A DNA stretch of 63,831 nt, filler included, from Perkinsus chesapeaki ATCC PRA-425 (lineage: Eukaryota > Protista > Perkinsozoa): the NCBI GenBank assembly GCA_013115145.1. It is 7 parts of 7 records of this genome, joined end to end, with 100 filler letters (N's around TTAATTAATTAA, not from the genome) between each part and the next. Parts side by side here need not be neighbours in the genome. Positions count along the whole stretch, not along the records: positions 40,252 to 50,236 come from JAAPAO010000908.1; positions 50,337 to 52,425 come from JAAPAO010001681.1; positions 52,526 to 61,957 come from JAAPAO010000938.1; 4 more parts are not named here. One strand, given 5' to 3'. Of the stretch, positions 44,124-56,700 are shown piece by piece. The first letter of the stretch is position 1. Every line of letters starts with the position of its first letter. The notes under the pieces were generated by a model. The model was not told the DNA's origin, did not search any database, and saw only the letters and a list, made by a program, of their open reading frames with translations. The position numbers and the translations under genes are program-made.

Positions 44124-46463
44124 ATGAGTATCAATGAAGTATATAGTAATGCAGAAAGTGGAGGTGTAAATAATAAAGAAAGATTATCTCAATCAGCAAC
44201 AACAACATTGCAGCAGACAAAGACCAAGAGACCTTATTTAAAGAAGGGTAATTATTATAAGGGTATATTAGTATAATAATGGTATTAACATCATATAGGC
44301 TCAAGAATGATAAGGAGTTATATACCTAATAGGAATATTAATGGAAATGATAATAATAAATATAAGGTATGTGATAATNNNNNNNNNNNNNNNNNNNNNN
44401 NNNNNNNNNNNNNNNNNNNNNNNNNNNNNNNNNNNNNNNNNNNNNNNNNNNNNNNNNNNNNNNNNNNNNNNNNNNCCTAATAGGAATGATATTAATGGAA
44501 ATGATAATAATAAATATAAGGTATGTGATAATAATAGGAATGATATTAATGGAAATGATAATAATAAATATAAGGTATGTGATAATAATAGGAATGATAT
44601 TAATAATAATGGTATATCATCATCATCATCATTATTAAATGATATTACAAATGATGATAATTATTATATGGAAAATTATTGTATTAACAAAGAAGATAAT
44701 AATAACAATAATACATTAATAAACAATAATATAGAGAAGGATAATATAAAGATGCAAGTTAGCATGGAGTCAGATATAATTATAAATAATAACGAAAAGA
44801 TAATAACAAGATCGTCGTCGTCGTCGACACATTGGCGGGAAGGAGATGCAGTAGCTAAATTGATATATGGTGGCAACAACAATTATGCTAATAATAATAA
44901 TATAAAAAATATTCATAATAATGATGGTGTTAATAACAATTCTGATCTACTAGCTGCTGCTGATGCTGCTGATGCTGAAAGAGAATTATTAAAAGAAAAA
45001 CTGACATTATTGGATAAACAAATTGAAAGGTTATATATATTATAATTAAAGATATTAGATTATATTTATGATAATGATGATAATAAGTTTTTAATAATAA
45101 ATAGGTTTAATAAAGAAAATGAAGTATGTAAAACATTACGTATAGAACGGGATAATTTATTGAGTGAAGCTATGAGAATAAAGTAGTAGATGTTGATGTT
45201 GATGTAATTCGAGATATAGAAATCAGGGAAAAAGCAGAAGATGAAGCTAATAATATGATAAAGAATATTGATATAGAAAGAGCTCAACTACGTAAAGAAC
45301 GAAGAAAATTTGAAGATGATAAAGAAAGGCAACGTGAAATAAGGAAGGATGAGGTAGTGGTGTTGTTGGTGTTAGTGTTGTATGATGATGATGTTAAGGT
45401 GATGATTATAGTTTAGGTTAAATGGAGGGATGAAGAATGTAAATTAAGAAATAAAATAAGTATATTAAAAAATGAAATAAATAATAATAAAAAGAAGAAT
45501 GATACAGAAATAAGACGATTAAATAATATAATAACAGAATTACAAAAAAAGAATAGATATTTAAATGACGAGGTTGTAATACATCAATAAGTAATTGAAT
45601 CTCTATTATTAGATTAAAAGATATAAAAAAAGATGGTTAAATGATAATAATATATTAAAAAAGAATGATCTTAATAATAGTAACAAGGATGATGATGATG
45701 ATGATGAATCAGCAGCATTAACAGATTATAATAGTGGATATATGGGGTAGTAGTATTATTAAAATGTATGTCACATCCCTTGCAGATCGATAATAATGAA
45801 TAATGTATATAACGATAATAAAATGATTGCATGTAAATTAGAGAATGAAGATAAGGCAGCAGTAGTAGCAGTAGACCAAGTAAAGCAGCAGCAACACTGC
45901 TGTAATAATAATATAACAAATGTAAATGATAATAATAATATTGATGATGATGATGATGGTTATTACTATGGTTATAATAATAACGATGATGATAATGAGC
46001 TTTCATTATATAATATAATATCCGAAGATATCAGTAAAGATGGTAAAAGAATTGATAGGGTTTATAACAATGGTACAAAATGTGTTATATTTTCTAATGG
46101 TTTAAAAAAGATTATTTATCCATCAAGAACATTGTTATTAGAGCCTGATGGTGATGATGATGATGGTGAAACGATATCATCATCATCATCAATAAAAATA
46201 ATATCACGTACTTATCTTCCTAATGGTGATATTAGAAGTAAGTTAAATAATGGTATTGAATTATATTGGTATTATGATGGTGGCACAAAACAGAAAACAC
46301 TTAAAGATGGTACTGATATATTTATATTTAATACTGGTCAAAAGGTGTTAATAATAATAATTAATATAATAATAATTATTATTATTATTAGGAATATCAT
46401 TATAAAGATGGTAGAAAAGAGATACATTTTCCAAATGGTATAATTAAAATTATTAATAATTAA
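44124..46463 (+). CDS. SAS-4/CENPJ-like centriole protein (Tcp10_C domain), multi-exon, spans an N gap
   Basis: N-terminal KRPYLKKG (cf. KRPFLK.G), central coiled coils, and a Gly-periodic C-terminal domain: RVYNNGTKCVIFSNGLKKII..., YLPNGDIR, DGGTKQKTLKDGTDIFIFNTGQKEYHYKDGRKEIHFPNG. Confidence 0.8.
44325..44600 (+). repeat. 54-nt coding tandem repeat (NRNDINGNDNNKYKVCDN) spanning a 97-N scaffold gap
   Basis: One copy before the N run at 44379-44475 and at least two copies after it. Confidence 0.85.
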
Positions 46464-46534
46464 TATAATATCAATTGTGTTTATTAATAAAAACTAAACA
46501 ACAACTTATTGTAAATAGAACTAACGTGTGACGT

Positions 46535-49500
46535 TTAATGATTATATGATGATGATGATGGTGGGGGTGGAGGTGGGGGTGTTCTTCTATAATGACCATA
46601 GTATTGTTGCTGCTGATGCTGATGCCATTGTTGTTGTATTCTATTCGTATTATCATTATATGGTTCCTCTTTTTTAACCATTATACCTCCTCGTTCAGCA
46701 ATATCCTATAATAATATTATATGGATTATTATTATAATGTATTACATTTCTGCCTATATTCCCTCTTAATGCTTCGCTTGTTACTGCAATAGCAGCCGCT
46801 ACTGCTGATGATGATGATCTTGTTTGGTCATCATGTTGTTCATCGTTCATGTCATTATTATCATTTCTTAATATACCATTACCTCCTGCTGCTGCTCCTG
46901 CTGCTGTTGTTGTTGATGATGATGCTTTCTTATTAGCTATACGATAATCTGCATTTTGACGAGTGATACGGTCAATCTATCAGCATCATCATCATCAAGA
47001 AGAAGAGGAAGAAGTATTAAAATAAATTATTATTATTACATCAATTAATATATCATCATCAACACTATTGAGCAGAGGTATTGCTTTAACAGTTTTACCA
47101 CATTCTTCAGCTACAGATTGATAATTACCTAATGATAATAGTAACTAGTAGTAGTAGTAGTACACTTGTTGTTACTATTTTCGTTGCTTATTACTTGTCA
47201 TTAAATCTCTTTTTGGTAATACTTGTAATAGAGTTTGAACTATCATAGGTATATTATTAATAATATTGTGTTCTTCTTGCTGCTGCTGCTGCTGGTTGTC
47301 ATATTGTGTTATTCCTTTATTTGATAATGAAGTTATTTGATTATTATTATTGCTCATACCACTGGAAATGATAGACCCTGTCGTTGTCGTTGTCGTCGTA
47401 CTACTACCACCAGTGAGTATTTGATCTTCTTGTGTATTATATCTATCATTATTAATAATATTATAACTAATTATATCATTCAAAATATCATTACGGCAAC
47501 ATTTTAGTTATATCTGGTCTAGATATATGATGTAAGTCCATATCATTATCATTATTATTATGATGATCGCCGCCACCACCGCCTCTCATATCATCATCAT
47601 CAGCAGCAGCAGTAGCGTCTAATAATAATGTAGCGGCTAAATCACCTTGTAGTATTTTATTATAATCATAATCATAATCATAAACGACATTTATCCCTCC
47701 TCCTCCTCCTCCTGCGTCTGATGATGATGATGATGACTGTATTGATTGTTGTTGTTTTTGGTATTGTTGTGATAATACTAAATATGAATATATAATTATC
47801 ATTTAATAGTACAATATTAATATTACATTTATTATTATTATCATCATTAAAATATTCTAATAAAGCAGTATCTGGTATTAAGGTATTACCAATCTTCAAG
47901 TGTCTTAGTGCCTATTATATATATCACTATTATCACTAATGTACCACCACCTCATTAATAGATGGTTGTGATTCAAACCAACTAACGGCCTTCGATGCAT
48001 TAATATCTTCTTCTTCCTCTGCTGTTAAATGATATACTGCATCATCATTAGATGATGATGCTGCTGCTTGTTGTTGTGGTGGTTGTTGTTGTTGTCCAGT
48101 AGTATTGGTAGCTTTATCTGCTGCCAATGTTGTTGTTGTTGTAGTGGTAGTAATATTATTATTACATTCATATTGTTGTATATGATGTATTTGTGATAAT
48201 AATGATGCTACTGTTGTTGGTCTACTTCTATCAATTGAACCACAGTGTCTCAAGTACTCTCGATGGATAAACTAACAACAAAAACAAAAACAACAATAGT
48301 AACTTAATAATATTATTATCATTGCTGCTGCTACTACTATTACTTGCATTGATTTAATTGTTTGAGCATCAGAATTGAAATCTTTATTAATAATATCATC
48401 CCATCTATTCCATACTATTTTTCGTATTTTATCCAGTTTATTATCCGTACTTGGTGATATATTATTAATACAGGATGACAGATAGAATTGTTCTAATAAT
48501 AATAATAACAATAATAATAATGAGATATAATACGTAATATTACTATTACCAATATCAACAATTAATTTGGATAATTGTATTAAAGCTGAATCCTTATCAT
48601 TATTACAATATACCAGTAAATCAATTAATGCTAAATCAATCTCACTAACTTTATATAATAAATAATGCTGTATTGATAATACATGCATCATATTATTATA
48701 TCCACCAACACTGCCACTGCCACTACTACTGGTTAATAATAGTAATTCATTATTATTAATAATATTATTCTTTTTTATTTGTATTTGATAATCATTATTT
48801 AATAATGCTGTTGTTGTTGTTACAGCAGCAGCAGCAGCAGCAGCATTCAGTGATGATGTTGATGTTGATGATGTAGCATAGAGTGATTGAGTATTAGGAA
48901 TATGTAAACCTTCACGTAACCTAATACTATTACTACTATTAATAATAATGTATATTATTTTATTAATCTTCATTATTATTATTACCTTTTACTCCCTTTT
49001 CTTAATACAGATATAGCAATATTAATATTTCTATTTCTATTATTGTTATTGTTATTACTATTATTATTGCTATAATAACTACTACCACCACTACTATTAC
49101 TACTACCACCACCAGCATAACATATAATAGAATATGCTATACCAATATACACTTCTGATGTTAATAATTCAGATTCGGCTACGAATAGGTAATATTATTA
49201 ATAATACTACTAAATTATTGATATTATTACATTCATATAAATCGGTAAATATTTCAACTGCTCCTTTTATACCTTTATTTCTTTGTATAAATTGTAAATA
49301 ATGTAATAATGCTAAAGGTGGTAATAATGTTAATGATACTACATCATCTTCATCATCTTCATCATCATCATCGTCAGCGTTATTGATTCTATTATTCGAT
49401 TCTCTGTTATTATTATTATTAGATATTCTTATTCCCATTTTCCTATTGGATAATGATGTTGTAGCGAAACTGTAAATAATAATAATAATACGAATAATCA

Positions 49501-50006
49501 TACGAATAAGTATTAACCGTAGTAGTATTATTATTATTACTCTATCAATTCTTGATATTTTTCTTCAATATTATCATATAACATTATAACATTATTATAT
49601 TCCATTACATGACATTGTAATAATCTTAATATAAATGATGATGATGATTTTACAACATAATTACGTTTGATAATACTAAACAACAGAAGTAATAATAATA
49701 ATATCATTATTACTAATATTAACATTATTATTACATATCAAGTAATCTATCACATCTATCATTTATAATTATTATTTTATCATTATCTTCACCTTCTTGT
49801 CCTTTTCTATCATCATTATTCTCATCACCACTGTTCATATATATATTATACCAGAATTCAACATCAGATAATGATGATAATAATACTTCATAATCATAAT
49901 CATGTTTTTTAATAATATTATCCTTATTATTACCCACCACCTTACTATTAAGTATCGCCTTTTCTATAACCTCTCGTGCCTCCTTTGATGATAATGTTGA
50001 TGGCAT
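46535..50006 (-). CDS. HAT/Suf-domain protein, CstF77/RNA14-like, multi-exon with low-complexity insertions
   Basis: LALLHYLQFIQRNKGIKGAVEIFTDL (cf. [20 protein letters not shown].IF), helical repeats ending KIVWNRWDDI, ISRPDITKMLP (cf. PDT.QM.PF), and a Pro/Gln-rich tail. Confidence 0.55.
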
Positions 50007-50163
50007 ATCTATCCCTGTTCTTATTTTAATATAACAACGTGATGATGATGGTGATGGTTGTTGTTGTTCTTGTTGTTGTTTATTATCATCAACATTATGT
50101 AGGTTACATATACTATTTAATACATTAGATACATTAATATAGAATACAAAATTATCATCATCA

Positions 50164-50165
<2 letters not shown>

Positions 50166-50236
<71 letters not shown>
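50166..50236 (+). repeat. (TTA)n microsatellite at the contig edge
   Basis: Seen directly. Confidence 0.9.
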
Positions 50237-50336
50237 NNNNNNNNNNNNNNNNNNNNNNNNNNNNNNNNNNNNNNNNNNNNTTAATTAATTAANNNNNNNN
50301 NNNNNNNNNNNNNNNNNNNNNNNNNNNNNNNNNNNN
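50237..50336. other. Artificial contig linker
   Basis: N run + TTAATTAATTAA + N run. Confidence 0.97.
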
Positions 50337-52425
50337 TGCGTGAGCTTCTGGCGTAGGACTGTGGCTGACGGCTCTTCTTGGCGATCCATGTGTTGGTTAA
50401 GGAGAGTGCCAGTCATGGCTCTCACTGCAGTGTGGTTGAAGATGAGCGCCATCTCGAGAGCACGAAGACCAGAGACGCCGAGGATGAAGTCGGGAACAAG
50501 TTGACGTGTACAATGAACTCTCAAGCGCTTGCTGCCAATTTTACGTTGAGGAGAATATACAGTGAGGATGGCGACCTTGTCGATCTTGATTTTAGTACCG
50601 TTGGCGCAACCAGGCTCTTGATCAGTGCTAGTGGGTGATTGCCATGAGAGTTCTATGTTGGGGTCGGCTTTAGCTAGCTCTTCTAGTTTGTCAGTGTTGG
50701 CGTAGCAGAGACCGGCTCCGGAGTCTAGTATGGCCTTGATGGATGTGTCGTCGGAAAGGGCTAGGGTTGCACGGATTGGGTAGCTTCCAGCTTCGCAGTA
50801 GGCGTCGACTTCTGGGTTAGCGGGGGAAATAGAAGGGACGGTAGACGACATCTGGATATGGTAACAGGAGTCGAGCAAGTAGTCGATGTTGACGTCGGTG
50901 TAGCCATCATGGATAAAGTTATTGGTTTCGGTAGGTTTGCCCTCAGTTGTCGGAGGCGTAACATCAGGAGTTTGCTTGTGCACGATAGAGCAACACATAC
51001 CAGCTCGGTGCCCAAATGCTTGACACCTCTCGCACTGAATTTTGCTGAAGTCATAGAGGCATTGCTCCTTGAGGTGTTTCGAAGAGCCACAAGGACACCT
51101 TGTTGCTTGGTTCTTTGGCCTATCTGCCCGGCAAGACGGGGCTCGGTGGCCCTGGTTGTAGCATCTCGAGCAGAAATCTTTTTTCCTCTGACCGCGGTGA
51201 TGTACATTGTTTTGGCGGCGTTGAGAAGGTTGAGTCTCTTGGGAAGACTGAGCAGCAGGATTGGCTTTGTTGTCAGTGGTGGTAACCGTGCGGCCTTCAG
51301 TTGGAGGTAGGACAGGTTTGGCAGGTGGTGTGGGTGGCGTAAGTGCTTGGAGCGGTTGTGAGCTGAGCTCGTTGATGTTGAAAGTAGCTGTGACCGGAAG
51401 AACTTCTTCTGCTTGAGGGTGGTCGATTAATCGGGACCGATCCTTCATTTCTCTGAAGACTGATAGCAATTGGGAAATAGATGACAAGCCGCGTGGATCA
51501 ACTTGCTTACATGAATTGTAGAACCAGTCGCTGTAGGGATGGCGAAGACCGCGTAGAATAGAAAGGTACAAGTGGCTTATGTCCACGTATTCCGAACAGC
51601 ACTGGATTTCCAGCAAATCATCTGTAATCTTGGCTAGGAACTCACCGATAGTAGAGGAGCCTTGGTGACAGTCGTATATGGACTTCATGAGTGTGATGAC
51701 GTCATTCTCAAACCGGTAATAGGACAGCAAGTAGCTAACAGAGTAGTGCCAGAGTAGGTAATAGAAGTGACGAGACGAAAGATCTGTCTCGATCTGGAAG
51801 GATTGACGATCTAGGACTTCTTTGGCAAGGTCCTTCCCCAGGGCTGCGGAGATAAAAGCTCTGACCGCAGTGGGAGCCGTTGGTGTTTGCCATTTCACCT
51901 GACAAAAACGTTCCCAACGTCTAATCGTGCTAGTCACGGTGGTGTTGTCATTCTCGTCACCGCAGAAGGGCTTGTTATGCTTCGACCAGGCTTCTGCTAG
52001 CCGCAAGGTTTGCTCCTCAATGCGGCTCAGCTCGGCCTCTTTGATGTGGTCGTTAGGGCTCGAAGAACGTAGAGGTAGCCTATGCCAAGTGCCTTTCAGG
52101 GATAGAACAGTGATCTCCTCATCTAGCGTATTAGGACTCGTGTCGGACTGACTTTGGGGATGGTCGTGTGCAAATGAGAATTCAACCGGAACAGTTGGTC
52201 TCAGCCTCGAAGTTTGTGTGTTAGTAAGATGGTCGACTTCGTTGGTTGGTGAAGTATGTGAAGCATCAGTTGTGAAGTTGTTCGTGTTAGAGTCGGCGAT
52301 AGTATGATAATCAACAGAGTACTCGGAGTACATATCCAAGTCGTCTGGTGTGGAGTGAAGGCCGTGGGCTGCGTTATCGATTTGTGCTGTACCAGGGGAA
52401 GGTGCACGCGAGAGGAGTAAACCTG
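50337..52425 (-). mobile_element. LTR-retrotransposon gag-protease fragment (open at both contig edges)
   Basis: Retrotransposon-gag helical region (TIGEFLAKI), three zinc knuckles (CSRCYNQGHRAPSC, CPCGSSKHLKEQC, CERCQAFGHRAGMC), aspartic protease AILDSGA and DFILGVSGL. Confidence 0.85.
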
Positions 52426-52525
52426 NNNNNNNNNNNNNNNNNNNNNNNNNNNNNNNNNNNNNNNNNNNNTTAATTAATTAANNNNNNNNNNNNNNNNNNN
52501 NNNNNNNNNNNNNNNNNNNNNNNNN
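52426..52525. other. Artificial contig linker
   Basis: N run + TTAATTAATTAA + N run. Confidence 0.97.
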
Positions 52526-53435
52526 TTTGTAGGGGCCCTTGGTAGACACCAACATAAGGACCGTCATCAGAGACCATTTCTTGCATCCACTCGAGGACAG
52601 GCTTATCATCTACTTTTATAATAACATCGCCGTCCTTATGAGTGATTGCTGCTTCGCCGTAGACTTCAACATATCGAGGATCCGCAAATCGAGTGATATT
52701 TACTGTGACTACCTGGGCCCCACCTTGCATACTTGATCCGAAACGGATCGGCAGGATATACACGAAGTCACCAAATGGGGGGAAGTATAAAGTGTGGGCA
52801 TCGTTCAGACGACTGAATTCCCTTTGCAATGGGAAATGGAAGAAGGCCGAAGGTATGCTTTCCCTCAGGAATGCCTTCTGCTCGTCACCAGTCATTCTAT
52901 CCAAGACACTCGCGAACTCCTCGATTTCCTCATCAAGGAAGCCCTTTATGTCGACATCCAGAGAATGCTTTTTGAATCCGCAGTTATTAGACTCTACAGA
53001 GTTCTGAAGACCGTTAGCAACATCAACAAAAGCGTAAGTTTCAGCTACACCATACTTGAGGTTGTGAAGGGTAAAGAGAGCGTTGAAGTTGCTGATGGTG
53101 AGAGAATTTAAGCATCTATTGACATCATCCATTTTAGCCCACATATAATCCTTACTAGAATCGTCAGGGATATACTGCCATACAGCTGACTGACTGAGTT
53201 TAGAGCACTCATCAACAGCTGGCGGGGAAGGCGTTACATTAGTTGTGTTAACTGGACCGCAAGGGATAGGAGGATCGCTACCATGGCATACTGCAGCATG
53301 TCCAAGCTTATAGAACATACAGTACGAGTTGGCATTCACCGCGTTACGACAAGGCTCATCCCATTGCTCAGAACTTGGGGATTGGCTTACAACCAGACCA
53401 GCTAAAAAGGAGCAGAAGCTTATGAGCTGTATCAT
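52526..53435 (-). CDS. Secreted peptidase S41/CPAF-like protein, paralog 1 (3'-truncated)
   Basis: Signal peptide MIQLISFCSFLAGLVVS, Cys module C-x7-SYC-x9-VC-G---C, RCLNSL, LDVDI, FHFPLQREFSRLNDAHTLY, PDZ-like VIIKVDDKPVLEWMQ. The catalytic region lies outside the contig. Confidence 0.6.
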
Positions 53436-54699
53436 TACAAGTAGAAGTTGACAACGGGATAAAATACTAAAAAACCCTCAGTTGATTCATCCTACTCGGA
53501 GTCGCACAGTGTGCGACGCACACCGGGTGGGATGAATAAAGCCACTTGTGATGGTTATTCACACAACTTGTCTTACACAAGGTTGATGGTTATTCTCAAC
53601 TATTGAACAATGTTCAATGTTCTCGACTGGATAGTTCAAAGTTGAGGAGAATGAAAGTTAACAAATGTTGAGAACTGTGCGGCGGATCACATCGAACATA
53701 CCGGAACAGCCACCGCCTGCGTGCCCCTTCACTTGCACGCATGAACATGAATTTTGTCGTTCCTTACCGAATAAGAGAAGACTGGTTAAGACTTGTTTAG
53801 GACTTTGATTCTAGACTAACAAGCTGCTGACGACACGACGCTCCTTCTCGAGGGCGGCACATGTCTCGTTCTTGTGGCGTTTCGTAAGCTTAGTGCACAC
53901 GGACTGCGTGCAACTAGAATCTTGCGCTATCTCAAGGGTCTTAAAGTCGCCGAGCATTAATAGCACAAAGAGCGTCCAGCCTCAGACCCGTGGGCGGGCT
54001 CCGGGCTCACCCGCAGTCTCGTTTTGGTTCGAGTAGGAGAGTTGGGAATCATTATTGGATCCGGCGGCGAGTCACACCGGAGTCGGCAGTCGGCAGGTTC
54101 TGGAAGCTGATGCTATGTTCAACATAGCTGAACATCTACCATGAAGCATAGTTTTTTCACCAGTATCTGCGAAATATAAATGTTGTGATTACCTAAATGC
54201 CCCTATGCAGTTTACATTTCCTCGTGTGGCATCTGAATAGAGCCAAGTTGTACTACAACTTGTAACGCTTGTCCAACTTGTGGCTTTTAGAACCATGAGA
54301 AAGGCTATTCGATCGAAATCAACGGCGTTGGAGTTGCTGACGTTGCGTTTGAAGTTGCAGTAAATAGTGTATGCTGTACAACGGTGTAAGTCTTGGTGTC
54401 GTTGGTTGGAAGGGTCTATTTTTTACCCCGGATAGTTGTCAATAATTGTATGAAGTGTTGTTCAGTTAAATATGATACGCGATTCAGTGTATCTTGACAT
54501 ATCAACTTGGAATGAACAGAACAGATGAAGCATCCGAAAAGGCAGTAATTGGAGACTGAACACTGTAAATACTTCGTTAATCATCTAGCCAAATAGGCCA
54601 ACCTTGGTATTCTCATTCGCTCGGCTTACTGAATCTTCTTCTGACTGCTTGCACCTAACTAATGTTCAATCACTATTCCGTCACATCAGCACGGGAGCT

Positions 54700-56700
54700 C
54701 ACTTATCATCTGTATTAGACACTTGGTGTAATAATCCTTTCTTTGTTTCAACAGTCTGTGATCGACTTCTACCAGTCGCTGTACTAGTAATAGCACTACC
54801 ATCTGCCACACTTGGATTCAATCGTCTTTTTACAACATGACTGGTGTCGATACGATAGAGCTGAATGGCAAGGACACCATTGTACAAAGATATTCCATTA
54901 GGTTGTGGCTGAGGCGAATAAGTAAAGTAAGGGTATCGAATCTCAACCTACCATCGGCCTGTACATTATACCTGCGTCATCATCATTACTCCCTCCAGAC
55001 TTCGCTGTCCCGGATCTGTTGCCAAGCCAGAACCATTGATGCACCGTCCCATAGGCTATAGTATTCTCTGTAAAGTTGAGACGGCTTCGCATATTCTCCG
55101 GTAAGGGTTTCATCATCTACAACATGATAATTATTTATGGTTAATCAATTTAATCTTTACCGTGCACGACAGCCATTCTCGCTTTACCACCGACACTTCA
55201 ATATCATCAAAAGACACTCCAGGCTGAAATACAACGCCACTTCGCTATTCTTATCAAACTGCTGCTAAGTACGGCTTCAATGTCGATGTGTTTTATAGTA
55301 GTTCTTCCATCGTTATCAATAGTCTCATACACACTACTTCTTGGAATCAACGAGGGTTCACCGAACATGAGGCTTTGGGATGTCGGAATGACTGAAAGAA
55401 TTAGAATCGATAATACCTATTTCTAATCTGCCCACCTTCGGCTGAATTTCGCGTGTTTGTGGAACTGACAGTGAGATTGGCGATCTGTTCCTGGCGAGGA
55501 GCTGAAATGAGTAATGCAATAGCTGCCTGGGATCTGATGACGCTACATTGTGTTATACCAAACTTCCGACAGATTCTGTCTTTCCACGACAACTTTTCTT
55601 TACAATCAGTTTTAACAACATTAACCATGATCATATCACGATTATCATCATCATCATCATCGCTATTAGCATCAGAATAAGTCTGAACACCACCAATGAA
55701 GCTAGAACACCTCCAACAATCCGAGCTACTTCTTCGGCCTCCGTCGAATCCTCAACTTTGGTCACAACAGCACAGTATCTAAAACGACTAACAGCAATGC
55801 AGTGAATTCAGCAGCTCACCCCATAAGCGTCTTCTGAAGACCTTTTCTGATAATATCAATTGGTGTGATATAACGAGTGGGACCATCCGAATCCATGGGA
55901 GCCTCAGCGTCCATGAATGCTCTCTCGCATTTGGATGCACCCAACGCTGTAACGCCACGCAGTAATATCATCATTTCACTTCTGATTTGTCGAATTGCCT
56001 AAAGATTCTCCATTTGGGAAGATCGAAGACACTGATACCTCCGAGGAGCCTGATTCCGGTGATATGGCGTAGTGCCTTGCTAAGAATGATCTGCGATGAG
56101 TTGTCGAAGATATCATCGTCGTGGATGGACAACATGCAGCACAGAAGGCATAATCTTTATAAGGGGTAGGATGAAGATAAGATGACGCCTGAGCACCCGA
56201 AATAACTCCCGTTGATGGAACATCGAACCACGTTATCTTCAGCGGCATGTGGCCGGTAGATGCAATCAAGTTGATGCTGGAAAGCTGCAAGGAGGTCGTC
56301 CATGGTTTTACAACCTGTAAAAGACACAAATACTGGCCCATGGATCTCGTCGTGACTATATCATTTTCCGACCACTACACGGTGAAAATATCATTCGTAA
56401 GCGTAGCCTCCGAGAGAGGCAACTCCTTCATCACCATCATTCGCCACCGATCCTCACCTGGTATTATATGAAGCGCTGTCACAGGTGTGTTAGTCTTCGA
56501 TGCTCTCGTTAAGACCTCCTCAAGAGCATTGTGCTCTTCGATGGTCAACGATCCGATAACAAAAAGTATCTTGACGACAAGTAGTATTACATAATAAAAG
56601 CACAGTTCCGCGTTACATGGTCGGAGTTGGTCGAAACCACTTTCCTCAGAGCCTCGGATGCTTCCAGTCTTTCCATCGCCGATACTGATGGCTGTTGCGA
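54700..56700 (+). pseudogene. Heavily decayed LTR-retrotransposon pol relic (BEL/Pao-like)
   Basis: Motif remnants in RT-RNaseH-integrase order: YKDIPLGCG* (54883-54912), RVF-x32-IP (~55450-55560), and GMWPVD...TCKRHK.WPMDLV...SDHYT...SPGII (~56245-56470), with many stops. Confidence 0.35.

Noticed and set aside
40252-50236. Alternative genetic code in the AT-rich contig
   Set aside because: RPB7, the SAS-4 C-terminus and the two membrane proteins translate cleanly under the standard code once introns are removed.
53500-53680. Short imperfect hairpins upstream of the S41-like gene
   Set aside because: Stems are short or imperfect, with no RNA-family motif or element boundary.
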